Shown here piece after piece: positions 1 through 11,938 of a DNA stretch of 55,131 nt. The translations under genes were made by a program, and so were the position numbers. Below the pieces are notes generated by a model that made no database searches, was not told the origin of the DNA, and saw nothing but the letters and a program-made list of their open reading frames with translations. The DNA is from Fonticula alba ATCC 38817 (Eukaryota; Protista; Nucleariida): NCBI GenBank assembly GCA_000388065.2, contig KB932213.1. One strand, 5' to 3'. Every line of letters starts with the position of its first letter. Positions within the stretch are counted from its first letter, which is position 1.

Positions 1-444
1 TACCTGGCCCGGGCACGCTGGCGGGGGTGTACTCCACCTCCGGGCGCACGCGCGCGCGAGCACACATGCACGTCTGTCCCCCCTCGCCCCACGCCCCGGG
101 GGCGGGCCCTCTGACCGGGGGCAGGCGTCGGGCGCGCCGTCCTGGGCTGGGGGCGGAGAAGGGGGGCGGGGCGGTTGGTGCGAAAAAATGCGCCCGACCG
201 CGCTCCCCCCCCCCCCCTCTTCCAGGGCCCTCGAACGGCGCGCAGGCACGAGGGCGCCCGGCCGGCCGCGGCCCGGCCACGTCCGGCCCTTCTGCGGGGC
301 CTGGCATGCTGGTCGGGTGGCGGGCTGCGGGGGGGGGGAGGGGAGGAGGAGGGGGAGGGGGGGCCACATGCGCGCATCTGCCGCTCCGGCGGGCGGTGGG
401 GGAGGGGGGGCCGAGCGCGTGAATGACCACACGCCGGACAGCAG

Positions 445-465
445 CAACAACAACAACAACAACAA
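445..465 (+). repeat. (CAA)7 microsatellite
   Basis: Seven tandem CAA units, an AT-richer island in GC-rich DNA. Confidence 0.9.
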
Positions 466-3400
466 TAGCCACAACACAAACGTACGCCCGGGCGCGCGCG
501 GCCTGCCCCCCCCGCCCCCCCCCCCCCCCCGGGTGCAGGCGCCTGGACGAGGCCGGCATGGGGCACACGGTCCACGAGCGCTCGGCCCGCCAGGGCCCGG
601 AGGGAGCTGGCACCCCCGGAGGGCGGGCACCTCGCCGCATCGTGTGCGCGAGCCCCCCCTCCCCTCCCTCCGCCGGTCCCAGCGCCCTTCAGGTGCCGGC
701 GCGGCCAGCTGGCAAATCGACCCCGCGAAAGGGCGCCAAAATGCGCGGTGTCGCGGGCGCGCGCGCGCGCGTGCGCGTTCATGCCGACTCGACCGAGCAT
801 TGGCTCCTCCGCCGTCCGGCGCGAGGGCCCAACCCCGGGTCCAGCCTCGGCTCTCCCCGGCCGGGCCGGCCCCCCCCGCCCCCGCCCCCGCTGGGGAGCC
901 GGCGCGAATGGGCGGGCTGCGGCCGCGGCGTTGCGCGCCCAAAGGAAAAGAAAAAGGCGCCGGCCGAAAGAAGGGGGCGCGCATTTTCCCGCCGGCCTCC
1001 CCGAGGCATCCGGAGTTATTACCGACGCCGGCCGGCATATGGGGCGCGTGGCGGCATGCGCGGCCCGAGCGCCGGCCGTTCAGGCAGGCGGGACAGTGCG
1101 AGGGGGCTCTTGACGGCCTCCGCCCCGCCGGCCCAGNNNNNNNNNNNNNNNNNNNNNNNNNNNNNNNNNNNNNNNNNNNNNNNNNNNNNNNNNNNNNNNN
1201 NNNNNNNNNNNNNNNNNNNNNNNNNNNNNNNNNNNNNNNNNNNNNNNNNNNNNNNNNNNNNNNNNNNNNNNNNNNNNNNNNNNNNNNNNNNNNNNNNNNN
1301 NNNNNNNNNNNNNNNNNNNNNNNNNNNNNNNNNNNNNNNNNNNNNNNNNNNNNNNNNNNNNNNNNNNNNNNNNNNNNNNNNNNNNNNNNNNNNNNNNNNN
1401 NNNNNNNNNNNNNNNNNNNNNNNNNNNNNNNNNNNNNNNNNNNNNNNNNNNNNNNNNNNNNNNNNNNNNNNNNNNNNNNNNNNNNNNNNNNNNNNNNNNN
1501 NNNNNNNNNNNNNNNNNNNNNNNNNNNNNNNNNNNNNNNNNNNNNNNNNNNNNNNNNNNNNNNNNNNNNNNNNNNNNNNNNNNNNNNNNNNNNNNNNNNN
1601 NNNNNNNNNNNNNNNNNNNNNNNNNNNNNNNNNNNNNNNNNNNNNNNNNNNNNNNNNNNNNNNNNNNNNNNNNNNNNNNNNNNNNNNNNNNNNNNNNNNN
1701 NNNNNNNNNNNNNNNNNNNNNNNNNNNNNNNNNNNNNNNNNNNNNNNNNNNNNNNNNNNNNNNNNNNNNNNNNNNNNNNNNNNNNNNNNNNNNNNNNNNN
1801 NNNNNNNNNNNNNNNNNNNNNNNNNNNNNNNNNNNNNNNNNNNNNNNNNNNNNNNNNNNNNNNNNNNNNNNNNNNNNNNNNNNNNNNNNNNNNNNNNGGG
1901 GGGGGGGGCCACACGGATCCGTGGCCCGCCGCCGTGCGCGGGCCGGCGGGATGGCTTGTCGAAGGGCGTGTGCTGGGAACCGGGGACTGCCGACGCGGCG
2001 CTGGCGCCCGGGCCCCGCGCGTGCGGGCCTCTGCGCGCGCGCGCGCGCGTGCCCGCCGCCGGCGGCTCCCAATGGAGCCGCGGCCGCCGGCCGGGCGCCG
2101 GCTGCGTTACACATGTGCACGCCCGCCGGCACATGGCCCGCCCGCGGCCGGTCCGCCCGGAGCATGCTCATGCGTGCGCGCGATGTTGGCACAGCCCCTC
2201 CGCCCCCCGGGACGGAGCAAGGGGAGGTCAAAAAGCCGGGCGGTCCCCCGAGGCTGCGCGTGCGCGATGGGGGGGGGGGGGGGCCGCGGCAGAGTCGGGA
2301 CTTGGGCTCCGCGTCCTGCGGTGGCGGGTGAGGCAGCGCCGGCGGGGACACACGCCCGAACAAGCGGGGCCGCGGTGCCCGGTGCCAGTGGACACCGGGC
2401 GCGCGGGCCCCGGGGCCGTGCGATGACTCGGCACCTCCGGCGGCCGGGGCGGGGGCCGGTCGCCGCCGGTACGGTAGCACCAGCGAGCGGCGCCATGCGC
2501 GGCGGCGCTCCGGCCGGCCGTCGGGAGTTTGGCGCCGCCCGGCGCTGGGGGCCCTGTCGGTGGGCACCACCACCACCACCACCAGCCGGCCGGCCGCCGG
2601 TCGCCGCCGCTGCCCCCCGTCCCCGGCGGCGGGCCAGCCTCGCCTCCTGGCGCGCCGGCCCCGCGGCCGGGCGAAGGGTGTTCCTTTTTTCCCCCCCCGG
2701 GCCAATGGGCGTGCGCCGGCCGGCGGTCCGCCTGACCGGGTTCCCCCCCCGGAGGGCCAACGTCCGGTCCGGGTGCTGGCACGGCGCGCGCAGCCCCGGT
2801 TCTCGGTCGCCGGCCGCCCGGCCGCCGGCCGAGGCCGGAATGCGCCGACGGAGGGCACACCGTACGCCCGCGCCGGACGGCCGGGGGCGCCGCACAGACA
2901 CTCGGCCGATTCCCCCCCCCCCCCGGGGCCGACCGGGCCGGCCGGTGTTAACACCGCCCCCACCTCGCCCGCCGCCCCCGCTCTCGACAGCGTTCGCGCC
3001 CGTGGGACGTGTGTGGCGACCACCCAAACGGCGGCCCCGCCCCCCCCGGGGCGCCACAGACGCGCCGGCCCCGGCACGCGCCCCTCCCCCTTTCTCTTGC
3101 CGTTACCCCGTCCCGGAGAGGGAAGGGTTTTTTCGGGGCTCTCCGCCTTCGCTTGCCGCCCGGCGCGCCCCACACGCGCCCGGCCCCAAGGACAACTGCC
3201 AACAGAGGTCCCCCCCCCCCCCCCCGCCGCCCCCCCGGCGGGCCCGGCCTCCCATTGGTCTATCCCGGTATGGGCGGTTCCGGGGAGGGGGGGGGGAGGG
3301 GGATCTCGACGGGGCGCGTCTCCCCTGCTCCCGCGCCCGGCCGGTTCGCAGCGCGTCTCACCCTTTCTCCGCCGCCCGGACGTGCTCCCGTGCGGGCGCT

Positions 3401-5547
3401 CGCCCCGGGGGGGGGGGGGAGCGGAGGGATGTCCACTCGTCCGTGTGTCATCCGATGGTGTCCCCTCCGGACGCCGGCAGGGACCGACGTACGGGCGGGC
3501 ATCCCGGCAACTCGGTTAAGGGCACTGACCATATCAGACGATGTGCCGTATCACGCGAGGTTGGAATCTCATTCCAAACAACATTCCACCACATCACCGT
3601 CAAGTTCCGGCGCTGGACGCCAGCACTCCGGGCGGAGACTGCCAGTGGATGGCAGTGGCCTTGGAGGGTGGCGGGGGCGGCGCCGTGCCCCCCTCCCCCC
3701 GGCGGCGGCGGCGGCGGCCGTGCTAACGCAAGCCAGGCCTTGGACACCCAAGTGGGGCAGTGTGCATGCGCGCCGGCCAGACGGCTGAGCCGGCGGCCCC
3801 TGGCCCAAAGGCCCCGGGGGCTGGTTGTGTTGCCTTGGCCGCTGGGGACGCACGGCGGGCGGGGCGGCTCTCCTGGCGGCGAGATGGCCGGCGCGGTGGG
3901 CGGCCACCCCCCTCCCCCAGTGCGAGAGAGAGAGAGAGAGAGATGGGCCGCCCCGTTGGCCCGGCGCACTGGCACAAGACCCAGGGCGCTGCGCTGGCTC
4001 CTGCGAGGCCGGGTTTAGGATCATGGTTCTGATCGGCCAGGTCCTCCGGCGGCTGGCACCCGGGTAAGCCGGAGAGCCTCAAGTCCCGTCCCCCCCCCCC
4101 CCCAGAGAGCCTGCGCGCAGGCGTGCCTCCTGCCATCCCGGGCGGGCTGCGTCGCCCGGTGTCGGCGCCGGCGTGTGCTGGTCGCTGCTGGAGGGGGCGC
4201 CGGCACGGGGCGGCTGGGCTGCCTTTGGGTGGGGGGCCCCAGCTGGGGGGAACGTGTGGAGGAGCCTCCTCGCCGGGTCCGGCCACCCACCCCCCCCCCC
4301 CTCCGCCCCCATACGAGCCGCCCTTCTCAAAAGCCAGCGAACAGGGCCACATCGATCCCCCCTCTGGCAGCTAGCTGCATGCACGCTCTCCCTTGCGAGA
4401 TGGTGCGGGTCGTGCTCCCCCCGGCCGGCCGCGGTCTCCTGCCGAGAGGCCTCCGGCGCCCGCCTTCGGCCCGGACGCGGGGCGGAGTCGGAGGGGAGCA
4501 GCGCGCCGGGGCCCGCCGCGCATCGTCCGCGCCCCCTCCGTATGTTCTCCAGGGTCAGGGCTGGCGCCCCCAGGGGGGCTGCCCGAGCAGTTGGACACAT
4601 TGCGCGATGTCCTGCCTGCGCTGTGTCCTGCCCCTTCCACCCTCCACCCCCCCCCCCCCCCCTGTGCAGGGCCCCGCGGTGGGCCCGGCCGGGAGGGGGC
4701 CCGAGCAGGACAAAGGGACCAGGGGGACTGCGCACTAGTCCTTCCCCCGGTGGGGGGAGGGCCTCGGCGACCCCGCGCGCCAAGACGCGGGCACCAGCGC
4801 ACGCCGCCCAGGGGCGAGGGGGGGNNNNNNNNNNNNNNNNNNNNNNNNNNNNNNNNNNNNNNNNNNNNNNNNNNNNNNNNNNNNNNNNNNNNNNNNNNNN
4901 NNNNNNNNNNNNNNNNNNNNNNNNNNNNNNNNNNNNNNNNNNNNNNNNNNNNNNNNNNNNNNNNNNNNNNNNNNNNNNNNNNNNNNNNNNNNNNNNNNNN
5001 NNNNNNNNNNNNNNNNNNNNNNNNNNNNNNNNNNNNNNNNNNNNNNNNNNNNNNNNNNNNNNNNNNNNNNNNNNNNNNNNNNNNNNNNNNNNNNNNNNNN
5101 NNNNNNNNNNNNNNNNNNNNNNNNNNNNNNNNNNNNNNNNNNNNNNNNNNNNNNNNNNNNNNNNNNNNNNNNNNNNNNNNNNNNNNNNNNNNNNNNNNNN
5201 NNNNNNNNNNNNNNNNNNNNNNNNNNNNNNNNNNNNNNNNNNNNNNNNNNNNNNNNNNNNNNNNNNNNNNNNNNNNNNNNNNNNNNNNNNNNNNNNNNNN
5301 NNNNNNNNNNNNNNNNNNNNNNNNNNNNNNNNNNNNNNNNNNNNNNNNNNNNNNNNNNNNNNNNNNNNNNNNNNNNNNNNNNNNNNNNNNNNNNNNNNNN
5401 NNNNNNNNNNNNNNNNNNNNNNNNNNNNNNNNNNNNNNNNNNNNNNNNNNNNNNNNNNNNNNNNNNNNNNNNNNNNNNNNNNNNNNNNNNNNNNNNNNNN
5501 NNNNNNNNNNTTCCGGATGCACCTCGGCGCGAGGTAGAAAGCGGCCG

Positions 5548-5582
<35 letters not shown>

Positions 5583-6248
5583 CAGGGGGGGGGGGGGGGG
5601 GGGGGGGAGCATATGCGTGCGCGTGCGCGCTCGCGTTCCATCGTGCGGCCTCCTTCGCCTGGTTTCCGGTTCCCCTCCGCCCTCGCGCGGCCCTCTCACC
5701 GGGCCCGGAGTGAAATTGCAGATGGCCACCGTCCACGGGGCTTTTGCGCCCCCCTGCCAAAGGATACGAAGCGTCGTCTGATTCACCCTCCCCAGTGTTT
5801 ATCTTTTGGCCCTTCTTGCCTCTCCCGATTGTACTTTTGCCCGCGCCCCTTCTCCTCCCCCCCCCCCCCCGCCCCGCATTCAACCTCGCGCATCTGCCCT
5901 CCACCCAGCAACGGCCATCCCTGTGGTCATGCGCATGCCTTGCCCTCGCCCCCTTCCGCGGTCGCAGCTCCACGCGACTGTGCATCCCATGGCTGTCTCC
6001 TGCAGTTCTCTCTCTCTCCCTCCCTCCCCCCTCTGGACTTGTTTCCTGCGGCTGTCCTGCCCCCCCTCCCCCGCTCCTCCCCTCCCTATGAGCATTCCTT
6101 GCGTCTGTGGTTGCGCAAGACCCTCCGCCAGTGTTTGCCTCCATTGCCACCTGCCCGGTGACTGTCTCGAGATGGTGGCCCGGCGGCGGTGCTCCCCGCC
6201 TGGCCCCAGCGCTGGCGTTCTCGCCGCCTGGTCCCAGCACCGGCTATA

Positions 6249-6283
6249 GCAGGCAGGCAGGCAGGCAGGCAGGCGGGCAGGCA
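6249..6283 (+). repeat. (GCAG)n tetranucleotide repeat upstream of NDUFS1
   Basis: gcaggcaggcaggcaggcaggcaggcgggcaggca, read directly. Confidence 0.85.
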
Positions 6284-6476
6284 CCGCACCCCCAACTCCC
6301 CTTCCCCTTCCACAGGAGTCTGCCTTGCACGCACACTCCGCTTCGACACTTTCTCAGCACCGAGCTCTCCCCGTCCTATGCCCGGTCGCTGTTCCCGCTC
6401 TCCCCCCCCCCCCCCCCGGCCTCTGACCCGCCCGCCCCTTCCTCACCATCCCGCCCTCCCGTCCACGCAGAGAAGG

Positions 6477-9249
6477 ATGCTGTCCTCTGTCTCCCGCACC
6501 GCCCTGGGTCAGACGCGTCAGCGCTTCACCCGCGCTTTCGTCACCACCGGTGCGCATCCCTTTTTGCATCCCGCCATCCATGTGCACCCCGCCCCCACCC
6601 CCCTTCCCCTCCACCAGCCCCCCGCCTCAATGCTGCCGTCGTCTCGCAGGAGATGATCGACCTGGAGGTCGACGGCGTGGCCGTGTCCGTTCCCCAGGGG
6701 TCGACCGTGATCCAGGCCTGCGAGGCCGCCGGCGTGGAGATCCCCCGGTTCTGCTACCACGAGCGCCTGGCCATCGCCGGTAACTGCCGCATGTGCCTGG
6801 TCGAGGTGGAGCGCGTGCCCAAGCCTGTGGCCTCGTGCGCCATGCCGGCCAGCGCCGGCATGAAGGTCAAGACCGGCACCGACCTGGTCAAGAAGGCCCG
6901 CGAGGGTGTCATGGAGTTCCTCCTGGCCCAGCACCCGCTGGATTGCCCGATTTGCGACCAGGCCGGCGAGTGCGACCTGCAGGACCAGTCCATGGTCTTC
7001 GGGTCGGATCGGTCTCGCTATCGCGAGGTGTTCGCCGGCAAGCGTGCCGTCGAGGACAAGGACTTCGGCCCGCTGGTCAAGACCACCATGACCCGGTGCA
7101 TTCACTGCACTCGTTGCGTGCGCTTCGCCACCGAGGTGGCCGGCGCCGAGGAGCTCGGCACTTCTGGCCGTGGCAATGACATGGAGATCGGCACCTACGT
7201 GTCCAAGGTCCTGGACACCGAGCTGTCCGGCAACATCATCGACCTGTGCCCGGTCGGTGCTCTGACCTCCAAGCCGTATGCCTTCACGGCCCGGCCGTGG
7301 GAGCTGCGCAAGATCGCCTCCATCGATGTGCATGATGCCCTCGGGTCCAACATCCGTGTCGATGCTCGCGGCAACGAGGTCATGCGCATTGTCCCCCGCC
7401 TGCATGGCGAGATCAATGAGGAGTGGCTGGCCGACAAGGGGCGCTTCTCGTATGACGGCCTCAAGCGCCAGCGCCTGACCACCCCCATGATCCGCGAGGG
7501 CGATACCTTCCGCGCTGCCTCTTGGGAGGAGGCCCTGGACCGCGTGCGCCAGGTCATGACCCTGACCCCGGGCCGGCAGATGACCGCCGTGGCCGGGCAG
7601 CTGGCCGACGCCGAGTCCATTGTGGCCCTCAAGGATCTGTTCTCGCGCCTGGGCTCCTCGAACCTGCTGTACGACGGCTTTGTCGGCAAGGACGCCCTGG
7701 GCTCGGATCTCCGGTGCGTTCCTCTTTCCTTCTCTCTCTCTCTCTTTTTCCTTCTCTCTCTCTCTTTTTCCTTCTCTCTCTTTCTCTCTTTTTCCCTTTC
7801 TCTCTTTCTCTCCCTCTCTCTTTCTCTCTTTCTCTCTTTCTCTCTTTCTCTCTTTCTCTCTTTCTCTCCCTCTCTCTTTCTCTCTTTCTCTCCCCCCCCT
7901 CTCTCCCCCCCTCTCTCTCCCCCTCTCTCTTCTCCTCCTCCTACTTGCTACGCACACAGCCCCCTCCCGTCTACCTCCCCCACGCCCTCTTTTAACCCTT
8001 CTCCCCCTCTCCGGCGCGCAGCTCCAACTACCTCCTCAACACCACCATCTCCGGTGCCGAGTTCGCTGATGCCGTCCTCCTGGTCGGCACCAACCCCCGC
8101 CATGAGGCTCCGCTGCTGCAGTCGCGCCTGCGCAAGGCCTTCATCCACCGCAACCAGCAGATCGGCCTGGTCGGTGCCCCGGTCAAGCTCACCGTCGAGT
8201 ATGACCACATCGGTGCCTCGCCCACCGACCTGTATGCCCTGGCCAACAAGACCCACCCGTTCGCCGAGACCCTGGCCAAGGCCGAGCGCCCGATGATCAT
8301 CGTCGGCGCGGATGTCGCCTCGCGCCCGGACGGTGCCGACATCATGGCCGCCGTGGCCTCCATTTCTAAGTTCGCCAAGGTCGTCACCCCCGAGTGGAAC
8401 GGCTTCTCGGTGCTGCAGCGCGTGCGTACCTATCTCCACACTCCGCCCCCCCCCCCCCCTCCGCTTGGGTCTCCGGGAGGTCATCCGCGTTGCATGTGTC
8501 CCTCTCTTGTGCGTCTTCCCGCTTGCCGCCACTCACATCATGTCCCCGGCGCGCCGCCCCCCCCCCCCGACCACCGTACACAGCACGCCAGCCGCACGGC
8601 CGCCCTCGACATCGGCTTCACCCCCGGTGTCAACGCCGACCTGACCGACGCCGGCAAGAAGTTCCTCTACCTGCTCGGCTCGGATGAGATCAAGCCCGAG
8701 GACATCCCCAAGGGCTCGTTCGTCGTGTACCAGGGCCACCATGGTGATGTGGCCGCGCACTATGCCGACGTCCTGCTCCCGGGTGCCGCCTACACCGAGA
8801 AGACCGCCACCTACGTGAACACCGAGGGCCGCGCGCAGCACGCCTACGCGGCTGTCTCCCCGCCGGGCAACTCGCGCGAGGACTGGATGATCATCCGCGC
8901 CCTGTCCGAGGTGCTGGGTGCCACCCTGCCCTACCACGATCTGGCCGGTGTGCGCGCCCGCCTGGCCGACTTCAGCCCCGCTTTCTCCGACATCGACACC
9001 GTTCCCCCGGGCTTCGGTGCCGAGCTCACCATGGCCACCCTGGCCGCGGCCAAGGGCAAGGGCGCCGATGCCGGCCCCTTCAGCCTGCCGATCGCCGATT
9101 ACTACATGACTGACGCCATCAGCCGGTCTTCCCAGACCATGGCCCGGTGCTCGAGTGCCTTCGCCAACGGCCGCCCCAGCCCGCTGGCCAACCTGTCGGT
9201 CGCGGCGCCGGCCGCCGAGAAGAAGGTCGCCGCCCCTCAGCAGCAGTAA
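6477..9249 (+). CDS. NDUFS1: NADH:ubiquinone oxidoreductase 75 kDa Fe-S subunit (complex I), mitochondrial precursor; 4 exons
   Basis: Exons 6477-6549, 6618-7713, 8022-8421, 8584-9249; all GT..AG and frame-consistent. Arg/Ser/Thr-rich presequence [21 protein letters not shown]. Family motifs [105 protein letters not shown]. Confidence 0.97.
7721..7935 (+). repeat. CT-rich low-complexity tract (TCTCTCTT-like units) in NDUFS1 intron 2
   Basis: About 200 nt almost entirely C/T with recurring tctctctt units. Confidence 0.9.
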
Positions 9250-10046
9250 GTCCTCCTCCTCCGGCCGTTTCCTCGCCCCCCCTCCCTCCTTCGGCTCTCC
9301 CTGCCCGTCCCTATTTTTCGGGGGGCTGTCAGTGGGGCGCAAGGGGGGACCCCCGGGGGGAGATGTGGGGAAGCAGCAAGATGGAACGAGCGAGAGAAAG
9401 CGAGAGAGGGCGACCGATCTCGACGAGAGGGACTCGGCGAGGAGGAGTTGTCAGAGCCAGAGCCAATGTCCAGTGAGAGGGGAGACACGCGTCACGCCAC
9501 ATCGAGAGAGAGCGAGCGAAAGGGGCCTCCCCGCTCGGCTGCCTTTCCCCGCAGTGCCGCAGCATGCCGGGGGCTTCCAGTCGCGCGCGTCTGCCCCCCG
9601 TCCCTCTCTCCTTTCCTCCCCCCCTGTGTATATCCATACGCGGGTGCGGGGGGGAGCAAGGAAGGGGGCAGCGGGGGGGGGGGGGGTTCTCTTCCCTTCG
9701 TCCCCCCTCTCTCCCTCTCCCCTCTGCCTACCTTGTGCATCCTGTGCCCGCTCCTCTCCCTGTCCTCCTTCCCTTTCCCCTCCCCTCTGAAAACACACAC
9801 ACACACATACTTCCTTTTACACGCCTGCGTCGTCCTCGCAGCACGCAATATACACCTATATATACATATACAGATCCGCATGCACACATGTGAATGCATT
9901 TGCGAGCGCGGGCATGGCAGGTTTTGGTGTGAGGGGGGGGGGGGGGGGGGAGGGGGGGGGGGGGGGAGGACCGACCACTTGGAGGAGGGCAAGGGTGTCC
10001 GTATGCATTCACGCGGGCGGGGCGGACAGGCGCTGCCCAAGGGGTC

Positions 10047-11432
10047 TCACAGGTAGACGCGCGTGTCGCGCCGGATGATGTACCGTTCCCGCGCGGCGGC
10101 CAGCTTGTTCTGGAGCTCCTGGCGTCGATCATCCTCGGCAGGGGTGTTGGTGGGGTCGCGCGAGGAGCGCGTTTCCTGGTGCCCCGGGCGGGGGAATCCC
10201 CCCCGGGACCCGGCACCTGACCGGGACCCGGAACGTTGTCCCTCCTCTCGTGAGAGGGGCGACCGGGACCGGGGCCGGGACCGGGACCGGGACCGACGGT
10301 CGTGAGAGCCCGAGGTATTGCGGTGGTCGCGGTGGTCGCGGCGGTCGCGGTGGTCGTGATGAGCCGAAGCCCCACGGCGGTCGGCGATATCGCGACTCGA
10401 CTGCCCATGCGACGAGGGGGGCGTCCGGCGGGCGTCGGCCGCCGGGGCGGCGTCTGTGGAGGCACCCATGGCCACATTCTCGCCACGGACCAGGCCTTGA
10501 TAGAACCCCCCCAGGCCGGAGGAGATGGTCGCCTGGTCGCGGGCTGCCATGCGCGATGCGGCCAAGGGGGAGAAGGGAGGGTGGCGAGGAGGGGAGACAC
10601 GCAAGTTCGGCGCTGGCGTCAGGGGGGAGGGAGGGAGCACGGCGGAGCAGAGGCAAAGTAGGTGGGGGCAGGGAACGCACTCTCGCGCTCCTGATCGCGG
10701 GCATCCTCCTCCATGAGCTGCAGCTGTCGGTCCAGGTAGGCCTGCGTCACGAAGGTCTCCTTGGTGGGGAATTGTTCACGCTCCTCCTCCATTTTCCGGT
10801 GGATGGAGCGCAGCTTGGAGTTCTCGCGCTCAACCTCGCGCAACTCCGACTTGGCGATCAGCGCGCCGATGTACTTGGGCTGTGCAGCAGGGAAGGGGGG
10901 CGCATCAGTAAGGGGCGCATCAGTAAGGGCGCCCCAGGAGGGGAATTGTGCCAGGCAGGACGAGAAAGAGAGAGAGAGAGAGAGAGAGAGGGAACACGCC
11001 CTGGGGTGGGGGGCAGTGGCAACATACCTTCCGGTCGCGGGCCTTCGCCTCGGCCTCCTCGCGCCGGCGCTGGTACTCTTCCTCGTAGGCGGCGTCGTAA
11101 TCGAAGGTGGCCGCCTCGGCCTTGGTGGCCGCAACGTCGGCATCCTCCGCCGAGAAGGTGGTGGCCGACATCGACACCCCTTCGAGCCCGGCTCCGAAGG
11201 CGGATCCGGTGAAGGCGGCCACGGAATAGCGCTGCCACGCGCCATGGCATCAGGGACTGGGTGAGTGAAACGGGCCCGTGGGATGGCATGAGGCAATCGT
11301 CCCCCCCCCCCTCGGGTGGATGATGGTACGCACGGAAGGGGGGGCCGGGGTGGTGGTGGTGGTGGCCGAGTGGGTGTCGTCGTCGTCATCGCTTGAGTCC
11401 GAGTCGCCGAACATGGCCGACTGGCGTTTCAT
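10047..11432 (-). CDS. NSRP1: Nuclear speckle splicing regulatory protein 1-like (CCDC55/DUF2040), about 332 aa; 4 exons
   Basis: Exons 11432-11334, 11231-11028, 10879-10681, 10543-10047 (999 nt, in frame). MFGDSDSSDD N-terminus, FDYDAAYE, PKYIGALIAKSELRE...KETFVTQAY, GFYQGL, RS/RD-rich region and C-terminal AARERY match the family pattern as I recall it. Confidence 0.85.
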
Positions 11433-11938
11433 TGTAGCGGGGACAGGGCGGCAGAGGGCGGCAGAGGGCGACACAAAGCAAAGGGAGGCGGACGAGGGCG
11501 AGGGGGACAGGAGGGCATGGGCGGGACGGGTGCTGGTGGCTGCCCTCTTGCGGACCGGCAATCGGCGGACAACGATCTGGCAGAAAAAGGCCACCAATGT
11601 GGCGTCTCATGTGACGGGATCAGCCCCACGAAGGCAGGGGCGTGATCAATGATACCCGGAGGGTTGGCTGTTCGGAGTTTCCCGAGAGGCGCAAGGGGCA
11701 GGACTGGAGACAGGATGGCCGCCGTGTGGGCGCGCGTATATTTGGCGTGGTGCGCACGCATGCGTGGCACGCGGTTTCAAGGCTGGGCAAGCGGAGTACA
11801 CAGGAAGGAGCCGGAGCCGAAAAAGAGAATAGGGGAGACGCCCCTCCCTGGCGTCCGGCGCCGACGAGTCGAAAAAGTTATGGCGGATGGACAGCTGCTA
11901 CACACACACACACACACGTTCTCCCTGTCATCCGGGTC

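Noticed and set aside
188-6240. Very long ORFs (e.g. 188-4018, 1276 aa) in the first 6 kb
   Set aside because: They run through N gaps and consist of Pro/Gly/Arg/Ala low-complexity text expected from stop-poor GC-rich DNA; no domain is recognisable.
6518-9342. Long antisense ORFs over NDUFS1 (similar ones over ATP6V1A, CTR9, M28 and the orphan)
   Set aside because: Shadow frames caused by strong GC3 codon bias of the real sense genes.
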